Positions 1 through 15,000 of a stretch of 64,000 bases of DNA are shown piece by piece. The translations under genes were made by a program, and so were the position numbers. The stretch comes from Tubiluchus corallicola (lineage: Eukaryota; Animalia; Priapulida), in the NCBI GenBank assembly GCA_030141605.1, contig JAQGDQ010000123.1, forward strand, positions 310,001 through 374,000, read 5' to 3'. Every line of letters starts with the position of its first letter. The stretch's first letter is position 1. The notes under the pieces are model-generated. The model was not told the DNA's origin, searched no databases, and saw only the letters and a program-made list of their open reading frames with translations.

Positions 1-22
1 ATGCTCAATTCAACTCTTGCAG

Positions 23-3000
23 CACGGAATTCCCTATGGTCAGTAGTTGTCCAGCAGTAGGTGGTGCACCCCCACGAATGCCTTTGCCTGCACAAAGTTT
101 GGCAGGTGGCACAGGCGATACAAGCTCAGCTGGTGGTGCACTTGGTGCAATGATGGCGCGTAATCAAAATGAGGTAATTTAGAAAATTTGAAATTAACCA
201 TGAAGAATTGTGTTTTAATTTGGTTTCAGTAACAGATAACTTTTTGCATCTCCTAACAGCCGAAATGGAAAGCAGAAACTGGCTGGGTCACATATGAACT
301 CGCTGTAAACTTCGTTCTGGGAAGAAAATCAGCAAATTCTATAAAGTATTTCAAAATTCGTGGATTAAAGTTATTGATACTTCTTCTTATGGCTTTGTTG
401 TTCGAAAATAAACTTCTTGGTGATTTAGAAAATATATGCCACCTTCGAAGAAACGCATCATAGTCTCAGAAACTTACAATCATAATGTACATAATTATTA
501 TTCAGCTGATTCACATAAATGATGTTATTTAATTTCATCCCGCATGTAGTCATTTACAGACGAAGAAATGCTCAATTGCTTAAATTTTGCCTGTCATATA
601 TTTTGAACTAGTTAGAAGCTTTAAAAAGTTAGATGCTGTCGCCTTCTCAATTAATTTGTGGCTGTTTTGGTAAAATCTTTATTGAATTTTGACAGCCCAG
701 TCAATCTGGTTCTACTCCAGCTACAGACCCGGAAAAAAGAAAGCTCATCCAGCAACAGCTAGTGTTGCTCTTGCATGCACATAAGTGTGCGCAACGTGAA
801 CGTCGTTCAGCTACCAATGGCGAGATACGACCGTGTCAGTTGCCTCACTGTAGAACCATGAAGGATGTATTGAATCATATGACCACTTGCCAGGATGGTC
901 GAAGGTGCTTAGGTGAGTTGCATAATGTTAATATGTTGTCTATAGTGCTTTATATGTGTTAGAAAAATCTATTACCAGATTACAGTTTTGTTTAAAGCTG
1001 TTTCACCTATTTGTTGCTTCAAGAGATGGGGAGAATTTTACCTTATAGCAGTATCGTGTTTCTTTCATGAAATATCATGTAACATTGCCAGTTCCTTAGA
1101 TACTCAGTTTTAATTATATATTTAGCTTGCTTCGGTTAGAATTACTCAGATATCTTTTTACTCGTGTTTGAGAGTGTATAATTGCTTTTGTTTTTAAGAG
1201 CCGCAGAATTGTTTCTGCAGCCAAAGCTATACAAAAAAATTCTGCCAAATTGCGGTTGTTCTAAAGTAACATAGAACTTAAGGAAATCAGAGCTCTAATT
1301 CGGATTCTGGTGAAGCTTTGTGACTTCCCATATTTGAATGCTATCTTATGACTATGCAAAACTCATTTCTGTTTTTAAATTATTAGTCCATTTTGGTGCA
1401 TTTCATTATCACCATAATAAATGTTATCACCATGTTTCTTTGTGCATTCATCGTTGTTTCATCTTAGATAAAGTAGTAGACCTTTAATCTGCCGCTATTC
1501 TTTCTTCATTTGTTTATTAACACTTACAAGCACCTTTTCGTAAGTAATTTTGTACTTTCCAACTTATAATGCTTCCAGTGAATGGTTGCGATGTACATTT
1601 GTAGAGGGCTTATGAGTATTGGCAAGACTGTGTTTGACAGTTCTTAATATTACATTAATTATTATGGTATAACAATTAAGTTCTTTAGCCAATTGAAGTA
1701 CAATTTGAGATTATAAAGTGATGAGTTTTGAAAAATTCATCCCTTGTAAATGCTAGGTCATTGATTGCGGTTTTTATTTATATACAGTTCCTCATTGTGC
1801 ATCGTCACGACAGATTATCACACATTGGAAGAACTGTACTCGGGCAGACTGTCCAGTGTGTTTGCCATTAAAGAATGCATCTGACAAGCGTCCAGTGTCC
1901 ACGGTGGTGGCTATTACACAACAAAGCCAAATAGGAAGCACTGCTGCTGCTCCGCAATCCGGTACTATTGGAGTATCGATTCAGAGTGCGGAGCAGTTGT
2001 CTTCACAGCCCGTTCAAACAGCTCCTCTAGGTATGAAATTAAGCGCTACGTACTTATAACAAAATTAACAAACTGAACATTTAGTTAAACAAATATTGTA
2101 AGTTTTTTCAAGAGAAAGTGGGAGGAGTGTTTTTACTTTTGTGCATGTCTTGTTTGTGTCTTTGTGGTGAGAACTTACTGCCGTTGTGATAATTCTCCCA
2201 TTAATTTGATTTTCTAGGTATGTCAAACATAACTGGACAGCCAAATTTTGTTAATGCACTCAGCAGTCAACCAATGGCCTTACTTTCCCAGTCTGATAAA
2301 CTACCAAATATGGTTGTGAGCAGCATTAGCGTATCATCACAAAACAATCAAGCTCCAAACCAAATGATGCGACCAAAAAGGGCTCCACAGTTTTTGGGAC
2401 AACATCAGCTAAGACCATGTATGTATTATATTTGCTTCATATTGTCTCTTGTAATAACTTAAATCTTGATTACGTTTGCGAAAATTTTGATTAGAATGAG
2501 CTTGTATTTAATGTTACAAACTCGTTTTTATTAATTTGGAAATTGATTGTGCTTTGTTTGTTTACTGTACTACTGGTTTTGTTTGTTTTGTGCCTTCAGT
2601 TTATGCGTATTGAGTCGTAAACTGCTGAGTCTAATTAATTGTTATTTATGCAATTTCAGCTGCCATCGCATCTCATCTGACAGGCAATGGTACAACGGGT
2701 CCATCACTTCGGTTCACCTCACCGCCATTACCGGGCATTGCCTATGCGAATGGACCCACGAATCCTGCTCTGCCTCCAGGCGTGGCTAATTCACCAATGG
2801 CAAATCAAAATCAGATGATAGGAGGGCTTCCCACAAGTGTCCATGCCGGATTACCACAGTCATTACAAGCTACTCTGCAGGAGCAACAGAGTTTATCACT
2901 ACCGATTGTTCAGCCTGCATCTCAAAATCCTAAGCCGTGGCATAGTAATGTTGCCCCAGATCTGCGTAACCATTTAGTCCAAAAATTGTAAGTTATGTAT

Positions 3001-6000
3001 TCTAGTTTTTACTTATTTAAGTTTTTAAATGCTTTATTCTTTATTATTATTTTTTTGTTATCGGTTTGCGTGTGCACGTAAAAATTATGGTAAAAATCGG
3101 CTAATTTGTCAGCTTCCTTGGTAAATAACACACTGCTTCACAACTGATGTGAAATGGCCGTCATTTGCAATTTGTATACTTAATTATTAGCTGTACCAAT
3201 TCACATGCGTGCAAACTTGCCATATGTTTCTTTATAGCTTTAAGTTACTGTGCTGCGTGCTGCGAGTAAAAGAATAAAAGAATTGTACTATTTTTTATTT
3301 TTTGGGAAATTGTTAAAACTGACTCTGTTTACTTATTTTAGTATTAACAAATTTCTTTTCCTGTCTGTCATCATCTATGATTTTAATAGTCATGACTACA
3401 GCATGACAATATTTTCAGGGTGCAAGCAATCTTCCCTACCCCTGACCCAGCTGCACTTCAGGATCGTAGGATGATTAACCTAGTCAAGTATGCGCAGAAA
3501 GTGGAATCAGATATGTTTGAAACTGCAACAAGTCGAGTGAGTTGATTTTATTAGCATAGGTTTTTTTTTACTGTAACTTACTAGGCAAAAGTAAGAGTAC
3601 GTTTGTTTTGTGTTCATAATGGGTGGTATTATATTAACGAATTGCTCAGGTTACCCGATTGATTGCTAGCTTTATTACCCTAATGGTGTCGTACAAATCT
3701 CGAAATCTGGTGAATTCTTATTAATTTTGTGCCATGATGTAACACTAATACATTTTGAATTGCTGCTTATAGGAAGCCTATTATCAACTACTGGCTGAAA
3801 AGATTTATAAAATCCAGAAAGAATTAGAAGAAAAGCGACAAAACAGGCAACGAGGTGGGCAGCCTCACCCTTCTGATCATTTGAACCCCTCACAACTAGT
3901 CGTTATGTCAAGTAAGTGCAAGTTTATGTTCTGGTCAAAGCTGGTGGGTTTTGGCTGGTTTGGTAAATAGTTTCGAATTGATTTTATCCGCTGTTAATAC
4001 TCATGAACCTCGGTTACTTAAAGAATTTTAGCTTGAGCGGACTTTGCGTTTACGTGAACCTTACCATTAGTAACTAAGTTTGTAGTATTGCTGTCGAGTT
4101 CTTTTATTCATCAGGTCACAGCTACTGCTCCAACAAATTATCATTGGTAAAGCTGGTTGCTTATTTGAAAACTATTCTAAAGCATTTTAAGCTATTTTTG
4201 TAATACATAGGAACCTCGACTTATGAAAACCTTATTATACAAAAAATTCAGAATACGAATCGGGTTTCGAAGAAATTTCCGTCCCAGTTAAACGTTCAAG
4301 ATACGAAAACGAAAATCGAAAGTGCTGCCCGACAGCGGTACTCCCAGAATGCATTTCGTAGCATCACGTGAACGCTTTGTTGCGCTCTTATCTCACGTGA
4401 ACGCATTCTATAACCATGGGTCCGAAAAAATCAAGTGCCAGTGGCAGTGATAAGAAGAAAAGGATGATGTCGATGGAAACAAAGCTTGAAATTATAGCTA
4501 AATATGGCCAAATCGTGGGTCGAATTCCCTTTTTGCAATGGGTCGATGGTAATAATCCACATTTATTTCAATTAACCAAAGTCAGCCATATTGTCAATAA
4601 AACCTGGTAATTTTTGTTAACAGGTTATTTTTAAGGCAACATCCTTTGGTAACATCATCTAAATGACAACTCCTTTCCTGTACAGAGCATTTAATTTTGT
4701 AAAAAGTACGAGCAAACTTGACTTGACTTTTTTTATAAAGTATTATATTTATATTATTGTATCTCCATAAAAATGCTATGCCATAAAAACTACATAACAA
4801 AAGATCGGTTACACAAGCCAAATACAATGAGAACAGATTTTAAGTTACATAAATTTTTGAAATTTCCGTTTCTGCATTACTAAAATTGTGTCTGCAAGGC
4901 TTTATAGAATTTTGATTTATCTATGTATAGGCCTCAAAGTAAGCTGTTAACTTTTTCCTTCGCTTTTGGATATAATATAGCATGCATTATTAGTGCACAT
5001 GTAGTAGAATATCAGTGCAGTTCCTATTAAGTAAAAATAGGAACATTAAAGGCCTATATAATCCCTACAGACATTGAAATTTTTTTAACACATTATTATG
5101 GTAAAGCAAAGAAGTCGTAGTTATTATTATTAAAAAAACATAAATTAAATAACTTACCTTTTTCTGGCGAATTTTGAATGCATACATCGCCATGTTTCGT
5201 GTCTTTGGCGCAAGTGAGCAAAAATGATGTACGAGATACAAAAAGCGTCTTTGGTTACCGATATTTGGTGACTGTGTGACTGTACTCATTAAGTTGTTAA
5301 TTTAATATGGCTGACAATCAAGTGATAAAAAATTAAGAGTGACGAGTTTTACAGTAAGTTTATAATAAAATAAATTGAATATTCATATTGAGAGTAGGAT
5401 ATTAAGTTGTAAAAGCGTATATAATAGTGAGGGTTTAGTTTGACTTTAATGAAGTGAGAGCATGCGTGCTGGTTAACTACACAATCATTATCACCACATT
5501 TGTTGAACATGCATATACACTAAAATTTGATCTGTGCATTGCGTCAATGTGTCGGGATTGGCAAAAACATATAATCTGAATTTATGTTTAGAAAACGTTC
5601 GACAAGAGCAGTGACATTTTTGGGTTTTTATTCTTCATAGGAGTTTTCTTTTCTAATAGCACAAAAATTAAAGCATAAACAATTATCACACCACAATCAA
5701 ATCAACATGCGATTCCTGAAAATCAAATCAAACTGCCTGTGGTTGTGATTAAACATTCAATTTTTTCGTTCTTAACTCCGCACCACGGTTTAACGGCAAG
5801 ATGCAGTATCTGCAGCTTCCGTAATACAAGCTTACGTAGTGCTATGTATGTTAAAGGTTTCCCCTGATCATGTGTATGTGGGAAATACGCAAGTTCCTAA
5901 AGCTAGTAAAAGAATTCTTGAACAGAAATTTTTCGCCGAGAGTGCCAAAAATCCTAATACACATGCTGTCTGAAATATTTTTTCAGTTAAAATTTAATAC

Positions 6001-9000
6001 ATTTGAACATTAAAAAAAATTTACTTGTTTGTATTACCAAAAAGGCAAATTAATGCTTAGCAAAAGCTATTCTGTGCTGAACGGAAGTATAATAGCTGAT
6101 TTCTCACGGCATGTGCTGATCGACCAAAATTAAGCAATACCAGACATAACTAGTAAGTGAGTGAGTGTATGTGTGAATCTGCTGTACTGCCTCACGACTA
6201 TTATCACGTTGATATCGGAAATACAGTATATGCTTTCAAAACTGAAACTTCGAATACCTCTACAAAATTAAATGTTTCATTTTATAGCATTTTTGTTGAT
6301 TATGACTGTGACTGTCAAGATTATTACCTTGTTTATGAGCTAGGTCACTATTACCCAAACTTCAACGTTAGTGAGCATTCATAACTTAGTCATACAATAA
6401 AGCAAGCATCTGTTTAGTAAAATTCACACAGTACCTCTTGGGTTTCAGAATGTTTGCAGCTAAGCTTCATACAAAGCAAAAATGTAAACAAAAATTGAAA
6501 AGTCTTAATTTTTCAGCAAATGTATACATAATGTACAGATTGGACAGAGGATTCCTGGATTTGATTTAAAACAACCAAAAAATTCAAATCTGGCAAAGTT
6601 GTATCTGGTACTTTTGTATAATTTTAATTGCATACACGTAGTCCCGCATAACGCCTAGTACGACATTATAAACTAATTCTTTTTGTTTTAGATGGTTCAT
6701 ATCCATCATCCTGTATTCCAAGTGTGGACAGTGAGATTTTGTGTAATCCACCTGCACCCACCTTGCCAAATGTGCGACCGCATCAGCCCGGGGTGTCGCA
6801 TCAGCCAACTCCATATAACATGCCTGCACAGTCAGCAAGCACCCAGTCTCTTATGTCACCACCTTTGCGGCACATGATAGAGCAAACAACTAATGGAGGA
6901 AATTTTAATGTTGCATCTTCGATGGGGCCTGCATCAAATCAGGTAGATTAAATTTAATTCTTTTTGGTATGTTTGCATTATTAGAGAATTCGGTAATGTA
7001 GCATCACCTTAACCAAAGAAAATGCATAATATATCAATTTGCTGGCTCTGTTAAATTTTATTGTGTTATCACTTTTCAGCAACACTTAAACTGACATCTG
7101 TAAAGGGAAAACATTAATTAAACAATGGTGCTTTTATTTTCCAAACAGTCCTACTTAAGGGAATGTGTATAGCAAAAAACACATTTTATTCTGTAGGTAT
7201 CTAATATGGTTCCTTCATCAGATTCAATGTTAAATGGAACAGCTACTGGTTTGGGGAATTCTCAACCATCTGAATTATCAAACAATATGGAGGTATGGTG
7301 CTTACACAGTTGCTCATTTTTTTAACATTGAGACAGTAGTCCTAGATTTGTGTTGGCTTACTTTTTTATTTTCCCTGTATACACTTGTCTGTAGCACTTT
7401 GCGTTTCTGTTTTCCAGTATGATAAGATTGAAGCTACCCTTCACTTGCAGCGGCTGCAAATGCAACAACAGTTTCAGCGTCAATATCCGACGTCTCAGTC
7501 AGCAGTATCGACCATGCCTATGTCAACTGAAAATCAGCAGCAGTCACAGCGTGCACTTTCTGGGCAGCAGTCTCTTTTTTCTCCCCTCCCTCAACAGGCA
7601 CAAAAAGTGAGGGTTTATTTATAGTTCCAGCTACTACTTTTTATAGCTAAAATTTTATTAGTCAAAATTTTTGACATATTTCATTATTGGTTCAACATTA
7701 GTAGTTTCAAACTTTTCTTACGTGTATCAGAAGAATAATTTAATAAAAGAACAGTATTATTTTTAATATATAAATACTCAATGTCAACATAATTAATAAT
7801 GATTTTGTGATTTGCAGGGTGGCAGTACGCAAAGTTCACTAATGGGCGGAAATACACAGTCTTGCCTGAGTCAAAATGAAATCAAGCCGGAAGTGAAAGT
7901 AGAGGTTAAACAAGAGGTTATAAGTGATAACTTTCAGGAGCAAATTGGCGAGCAACAGCCAGAAGAGGTCGGCAACAGTGTTAAATCAGGACAGGAATCG
8001 CTGGTTAAAACCGAGACGGGTGACAGTGACGTTTCCACTAACAGTTGCAGTGATGCAGTTCAAGTAAAAGAGGAACCTGTCTCACCATCAGTATCCAAGC
8101 CAAAGCATAATAAAAAAGGCAATTATTTATCAGCCGACAATTTACTATTAAATTTATAACAATGTTTATGTCACCAATTAAGTACAAAATAGAAAACTCT
8201 AGTAGTAGTATTTTAACATAATTTGCTTATAATAACAGGGTTCCCACGGTCAGGGAAAATCCTTGAAAATACAATCTATCCTGGAAAGTCAGGGAAAAGA
8301 TAATTTGGTAAAAAGTCAGGGAAAGTGATGAAAATGGCGCAAAAAGTCAGGGAAATTGGAAAGGGCTGCAAAAATAATCACCGTGAACAAGTATTTTTCC
8401 AAACATATTTTTCAGCGATTAGTGTTCAAATAAAATGTTGCTATGGTAGGCTCCCAGTTTCGATTTCTGTTCCAAAAATAATGATTGGCAGACACATTAT
8501 ATATCAGTATATGTATGAATGTCCATATCCAAAAATGTTTGAATGTTTGACTGGTAATGCAATTCCTGCTTCTCTTTATCATAGAAAAGCAATATTTGGT
8601 CAGACAAAAGTCATGAAAGAGTCAGGGAAATTTATTTTAAAATTCTGTGGGAACCCTGTTATAGTTAAGATTAATTTTATTCTCTTTTTGGTATTCAAAT
8701 CACCAGTAGTTAAACACAAAATAGAGCATTGTAAGTTGTCTTACACACATTGCAGGTTTAAAGTTTTCAGAATTCAGTCATACACTTAGCATACTTAATT
8801 CTCTCTACACCATGAAGGGCATAAGCCCGTGACACTCGTCTTCCAAACCCTTCTGTTTATTGCCACTGCTTTGACTGCACTCTAGCTCTTTCACCCTGCG
8901 TAACTCCTTTCTGCTTCCATTTTGCCTTTTTACATGTTGTTCTTGGTCTACCTCTTGCCCTTCTTCCTTCCAATTCAATTCCATCTCTTCTTCCTAAGTT

Positions 9001-12000
9001 CATCGCGCACTGCATTAATCCGCATGCTGTTTGCCACCTCCAGATTTGTCACCAGCTCCTGTCATCTAGTACTTAGTATCCTTCTCAGGCACAAACTGGA
9101 ATGCCCCAAATTTCTTTTTCTCTGTCTTTGCCATCTTGAATGCCTCATTTCCATACATTAACACTGACCTCAGTACTTTGAATTTATTTTAGTCTGCCCT
9201 AATGCTCCTTGCTTTCTAGATCTTGTCAAGTCTTGTGTGTTGCAATGCTGTGCTTAACCTACTAATTATATCTTGTGTTCCTCCACTCATGATTGACATT
9301 GTTACTTTCAAATATACGCATGTAGCCATAGCTAAGATTAATTTTATTCTGTTTAGTATTCAAACCAGACGAACTCCGTCAAGCCTTGATGCCAACGCTA
9401 GAAAAGCTCTGTCGACAACCGGAGTCGATTCCATTTCGGACTGCTGTCGATCCCGTGTTGCTCAATATTCCAGTAAGCAGTTTTACTCAGCAATTTATTA
9501 CACTTCTTATTTTTTATTCCAAATAGCTATTTGTGCTCTGTTTAAAACAGTAATAATAATGATAATTTATTTTTTACGAGCAATACACTGCGTCTCATCA
9601 CATTAATATGAAATACGATTAGTCGTAAATTTTGAAAATTAAATACAGACTTGAACTACAGTGGATTCTCGTTACAAGAATCACACGTATAAGAATCAGC
9701 TCGATATAAGAATCAAAATCGCGTTTCCCGAATTGAATTGGCATTTTCCTAGTGAAAATCCGCTCGTATAAGAATCACCCTTCTTTCGATAGTAGAATCA
9801 ATTTTGGCACCAACTCCATTGTCTCTCATGACCTGTTTACATGGTTCTGCGCAGTGGGCGTGGCGGACACCACAGAGATTTCAAATTTGTTTGTTTGCGT
9901 GTCAGTCAGTTGAAAAATGGCATCCAAACGGAAAACCAAACTCGGATTGGTGGCACGAGGCTTCGAGGACAACCTTCAATTGAAACGGCTGGGAGCCGAA
10001 ATTGACCGCCTCACCAGAGGAGAAATGAAGCAAAGCAAGCTATCGATATTTTTCAAGCAGTAGTAGTAGTTTGTAGATGTAGAGTTTTCTGTCATCTCCA
10101 GCACAATTTCGGAAAAAAAATTATGTGCATTAAAAAAATTTTAAGGCAATTCTGGCATCATGAAATATTTACCCAACCATTAAATAAAAACATTAGTCTA
10201 GGAAGTTTTAGGTCCTTTTTAGGCCAGAAAAACATTATGCTGTTTCATGTCGTTTCTAGCGTAATTTCGGGAAATAAATAATTTTATGTGCATAAAAAAA
10301 TTTTAAAGCATTTCTGGGTCATGCTCGTTATAAGAATCACTTTGCCTTCTCCCGAGGTGATTCTTATAACGAGAGTCCACTGTACTAGTAAAATGCTATC
10401 AATACAGGTCAAAAACAGAAAACCAAACATTCTAAAACAGTAATAGATTAGCAGCACACTCAAAAAATTTTTTAATTAGATTGAAAAATATTTTATATAA
10501 TAGCAATCAGGTGAAATGAAAATTAAGTGAAATTACCTAGATTACTTCTGGTTGCAAGTGTGTATTAAAATGTCTAATATAAAAACGAGGATGAGACAAA
10601 TCTAGTACAAATAGTTACTACAGTGTTTATGAAATTCTAAACAGGTATGTCTTTAGTCTTTGCTTAAAACAGTCCATTGTTTTGCTGCCGCGTAGATGAC
10701 GGTAATCTGTTCCAGAAATGTGCCGCAAATATAGTTAACTATTTTTTGTAGGATTATTACGACATAATCAAAAACCCAATGGATCTCTCGTGTATAAAAC
10801 AAAAACTGGACACTGGTCAATACAAGAACCCATGGGAATATGTAGACGATGTCTGGTTGATGTTTGACAATGCTTGGGTGTATAATAAGAAAAACACCAG
10901 AGTTTACAAATTCTCCTCAAAGGTAAGTCTGAATTACGTGATATTGACTTTCTCTATAACTGTTGTTAATTAAAATTATTACTAATAATCTTGCTAAATG
11001 TCCATTAAGATTCAAGCACATTTTGCAGGTATTTGAGTATTGAGTTTCTCTAGAATATTGACATTATTTGGAACTGATAATAATCATGATAAATGTAGTG
11101 TGTGATTTACGCATTTACCTCTGGCTGATTGCTAATTCATTTCTCTTGAAATAAAGAATTGCAACCTAATTATTTTTTACTGTGCTTTGCAGTTAGCAGA
11201 AGTATTTGAACAAGAAATAGATCCGGTCATGCAGAGTCTTGGATTTTGCTGTGGCCGGAAATGGGTCTTCCAACCCCAATCTTTGTTTTGCTATGGGAAG
11301 AATTTGTGCACTATACCACGTGATGCTATTTACTACAGTTATTTAAACAGGTATACTTTACAAAATTATTTAAAAGCTTGTATTTTGCTAACATCACACT
11401 AGGTACCAACTTGGTAGTAATTCAGCACTTTTATATTAACTTCAAAGTTCTTTCATTGAACATTTATGCCTAGCTAGTATATTTAGTTTGTGTATTCAAC
11501 TTGTCAGTCAGTCAGCCAGTCAGTCATTTGCCCGGCTGTCATGTGAAAATTCCTCTTCTTTCTGGTGCATGAGGTCATTGTTGAGTAGTTGCTTAACTAC
11601 GCTCTCTGCATGTTCGCTTTGTACTTGAATTGGAATAAAAGGTGTGCATGTATTGCTGAATTTGGATTGTTAATCTGCATATGTTGAATATTGATTGATT
11701 GAATTTCATGAATAACTCTAGTGAAATTTTTCATTTTGCTGTTCAACCAATTTTTAAAATTTTTCCCTCCCGAAAATTTCTGTCAATGCAAATAATATTG
11801 GAAAAGATATTGCTAAATCAGTGTTGTGTCGAGCTAAACGATGAGTAGGTAGGTTTTCTTATCAATCTTTATTTCCTAAGGGAAGCAGCAATAATATTGC
11901 AGTGATTAAAAAATGAATTAACTTGAACTTATGGAAATACTAGTTTTGTAAATATTATGTGTCATTTAAAAACATGTCAGTAAAGTTTATATCTACCTAA

Positions 12001-15000
12001 TAAAATTTAAAGTGAATTTTTCAACTCACAATCTTACTTTCTAATAATTTATAATATATATTACAAGTTCTGTGCAAATGCAAACAAGAATACAGTTGCC
12101 AATGTTTTTCCTTTTTGCTGTCCGACAAAAAAAATCTGTGTGAAATTAAATAGTAAACAGTGAGTTCACAAACTGCATGTTTCTCAGAAATTTTTTTGTT
12201 AAACTGGGCAATTTGAATTGAGGGTCCATTTCCTACCGTATTGACGATTGTATGTGAATGAGAGGTGTAATTCAAATTGTGTTGAATGAGGTGCCTGATA
12301 AGTTGCCTTTTTGTATTGGTTCTTGTTTTTAGCATAATTTTTTACTAAGCTGGCCCGTGAGTTGTAAAAGTACTGCATGTGTCGTAAATATAGTATACAT
12401 CAGAACACTATGTCTGCTTGGTGCATTTTTGTAGATGAGATTTTCACCTTTTTCATTTATGAGTGTTTGCATTAGCACTGTATAAACAATTCTTGCTGTA
12501 GCTGAGGTTTTATATATTGTATATATTGTTTCAAACAACAAACAATAAAGGCAAGGAAATTTCCCCTGAAACACAACCTTTACGTGTCAAAATGCTATTA
12601 TGCAATTTCTTTATAAAGTAGCGAAATACATAGTCGTGTGATTTGCTCTAGGGAAATGTAATGTTTTGTAGCTCTAGTTCTAGTTGTTTTTATTTGTTTG
12701 TGTGAGCATACTAAAACATTTGTTTTTCTTAATACATACACAATTATACTTTATGGGGTATTACTTTTCTGTTTTTCCAGTTTGTGTTTTATATTGTTTT
12801 TAAATTTTTCTTGCTTTTGTAGTTACTGGAGCTTTCTAACTTTGCATATGTTTTGTCTGTCTTTGTTTCATGTGCTTGCACGCTTTGTGCTTGCTCCCAT
12901 TAATTTGTCCCTGGCCGGGCTCATGTCATGACTGTGCTGCCCTCGTGTAACAATAAAGTCAAAGAAAATTGGGACTTCTCTATGACAGATATGTGTACTG
13001 CCAGCGGTGCTTTTTGGAGCTTCCTGGAGAAACGGTGACACTGACCGATGACCCTTCACAACCACAAACGTGAGTTATTGCTATTACATTTCCTTTAATT
13101 GTAAAAATTTATGCTGTCAGCATACAAAGTTCTTACAAAATGTACATACAGTTCCATTAATGGTTCAACATATTTGTTGTATCATTGGTAATTTCTAGGT
13201 TATCCAGTAATAGCATGTAAAAAAATGCCTTTCTTTGTACAGGCTTTAAAAGGATTGTTCTTTAGGAGCAATCCCAGAACTTTGCCACCGGTGATAGTTA
13301 ACAATAGTTAGCAATTAATAACCTGACAAAACAGTGTTTCACAGGTTCTAATTTTAGTTTTTGACAATCAGTCAGCCATAGTTAAGCTAGTTTCTATCAT
13401 ATACCATCGTCGACTCATCATAAAGTTTTGCAGTCAGGTCAGACAGTCCGAACACCACATACTATGTTGTGCTAACTCATCGCGAAAGTCTACTAATTGA
13501 AATTTCTTTATTTTCACAAGATAACTAACTGTTGAAATGAATCGAAAGTAGGAAACAAATATTAAACTGAGTTTCTCAAAATATTTCGCCTTGGGAGCCT
13601 GGAATATATTATTTCCATTTCAACAAAAAAGGTTTGTCAGATTGAATGAAATAGGCAAAGTTTCTCTTTCGTAATTGTATTACACAATCAGAAATCGTAC
13701 TAAAATAAAATAATTAAGCACTTTGTCGAATAGCTGACCTTCTTTTGACAAAATATGTATATTAAACACATTTCTCTTTACAGATGTATAACTAAGTCAG
13801 AATTTCAAGAGAAAAAGAATGATCAGTTAGAATTGGAAGCGTTCGTTGACTGTTTGGAATGTGGCCGTAAGCTGCATCAAATCTGCTCCCTGCATTTTCC
13901 ACAGATCTGGTCTGGGGGGTAAGTTACTTCTGTGTGTAACTCATCTATTTTGTTTTGTTCTCGTACTGGCTAGGTTTCCACTGGTAAATCTCATAACTAA
14001 AAGTAGTGAATTCTTAAATTCCAAGAAGAGTACACAATTTTTGTTTTCAGTTAGCAGTAGTGTATAGTAACTAAAAGTATTTGTAGTCTTAGTCAACTAA
14101 AATTTATAATTTCACTTTGTTGAAGATATTTTTGTGGGTTGAAAAATACTTTGATATTCATGTTTTACAGTTGTGATCATTTTGATCAAACAATTACTAA
14201 TTAAATGAATTTTCCAGATTTGTCTGCTCCTTGTGCTTGAAAGCAGCAGGACGATCCCGGAAAGAGAACAAGTTTAATTCAAGACGTAAGTTCTGTGGTG
14301 AACCGACTAATGTCATAATGACATAGTTATGACAATAACTATAACTTATAATGATATCACGATAGAAATTATTTTTGAAATATTACTTCTATCTAATAAA
14401 ATGGTGAATTAAATGCTAATTTTCTACGACTGCTTTCAAGTTCACCAGTTAATTAAACATTCTTTTTGTAGGAACTTTGTGTATAAGAAACTTTTCATAA
14501 CTTCTTGTTGCTTGGTTTTACTTCATTATTTAGAGCAAGATGCTTTTTATTGATCCCATTTATACCTATGTCTGTTTTATGAAGTTATTGATAGATAAAT
14601 GCGGTTGCATCACAAATATTCAAATTTCTCTTATCCTGTAGTTGCTTTCCGTTTCAGCAGTTAGCAATTTATCTCTTCTGTTTTTGCATAGGTCTGCAGA
14701 GTACTCAATTGGGTACATTTATTGAGAATCGGGTGAACAAATTCCTGAAAGCCAAAGGCTGCGTCGGTAGCGAAGTGACCATTCGGGTCGTTTGCAGTTC
14801 TGACAAGGTTGTTGAAGTTAAACCAGGGATGAAAGCAAAGTAGGTTATGCAGCATTTCCTTTTTGAGAAGCCTGTTTGCTTGTTTGACTTTTTACTTTGT
14901 TGAAGAATACTATAAGTAGTTTTACAATGATTGTGTTTAATTCTTCATATTTTAATAAATGCATTCAGTGCACTAACAGGTTGATTACCAGGAATGAATA

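Noticed and set aside
8325-8789. 154-aa ORF
   Set aside because: Chance ORF across a MITE in a CBP intron; no recognisable domain.
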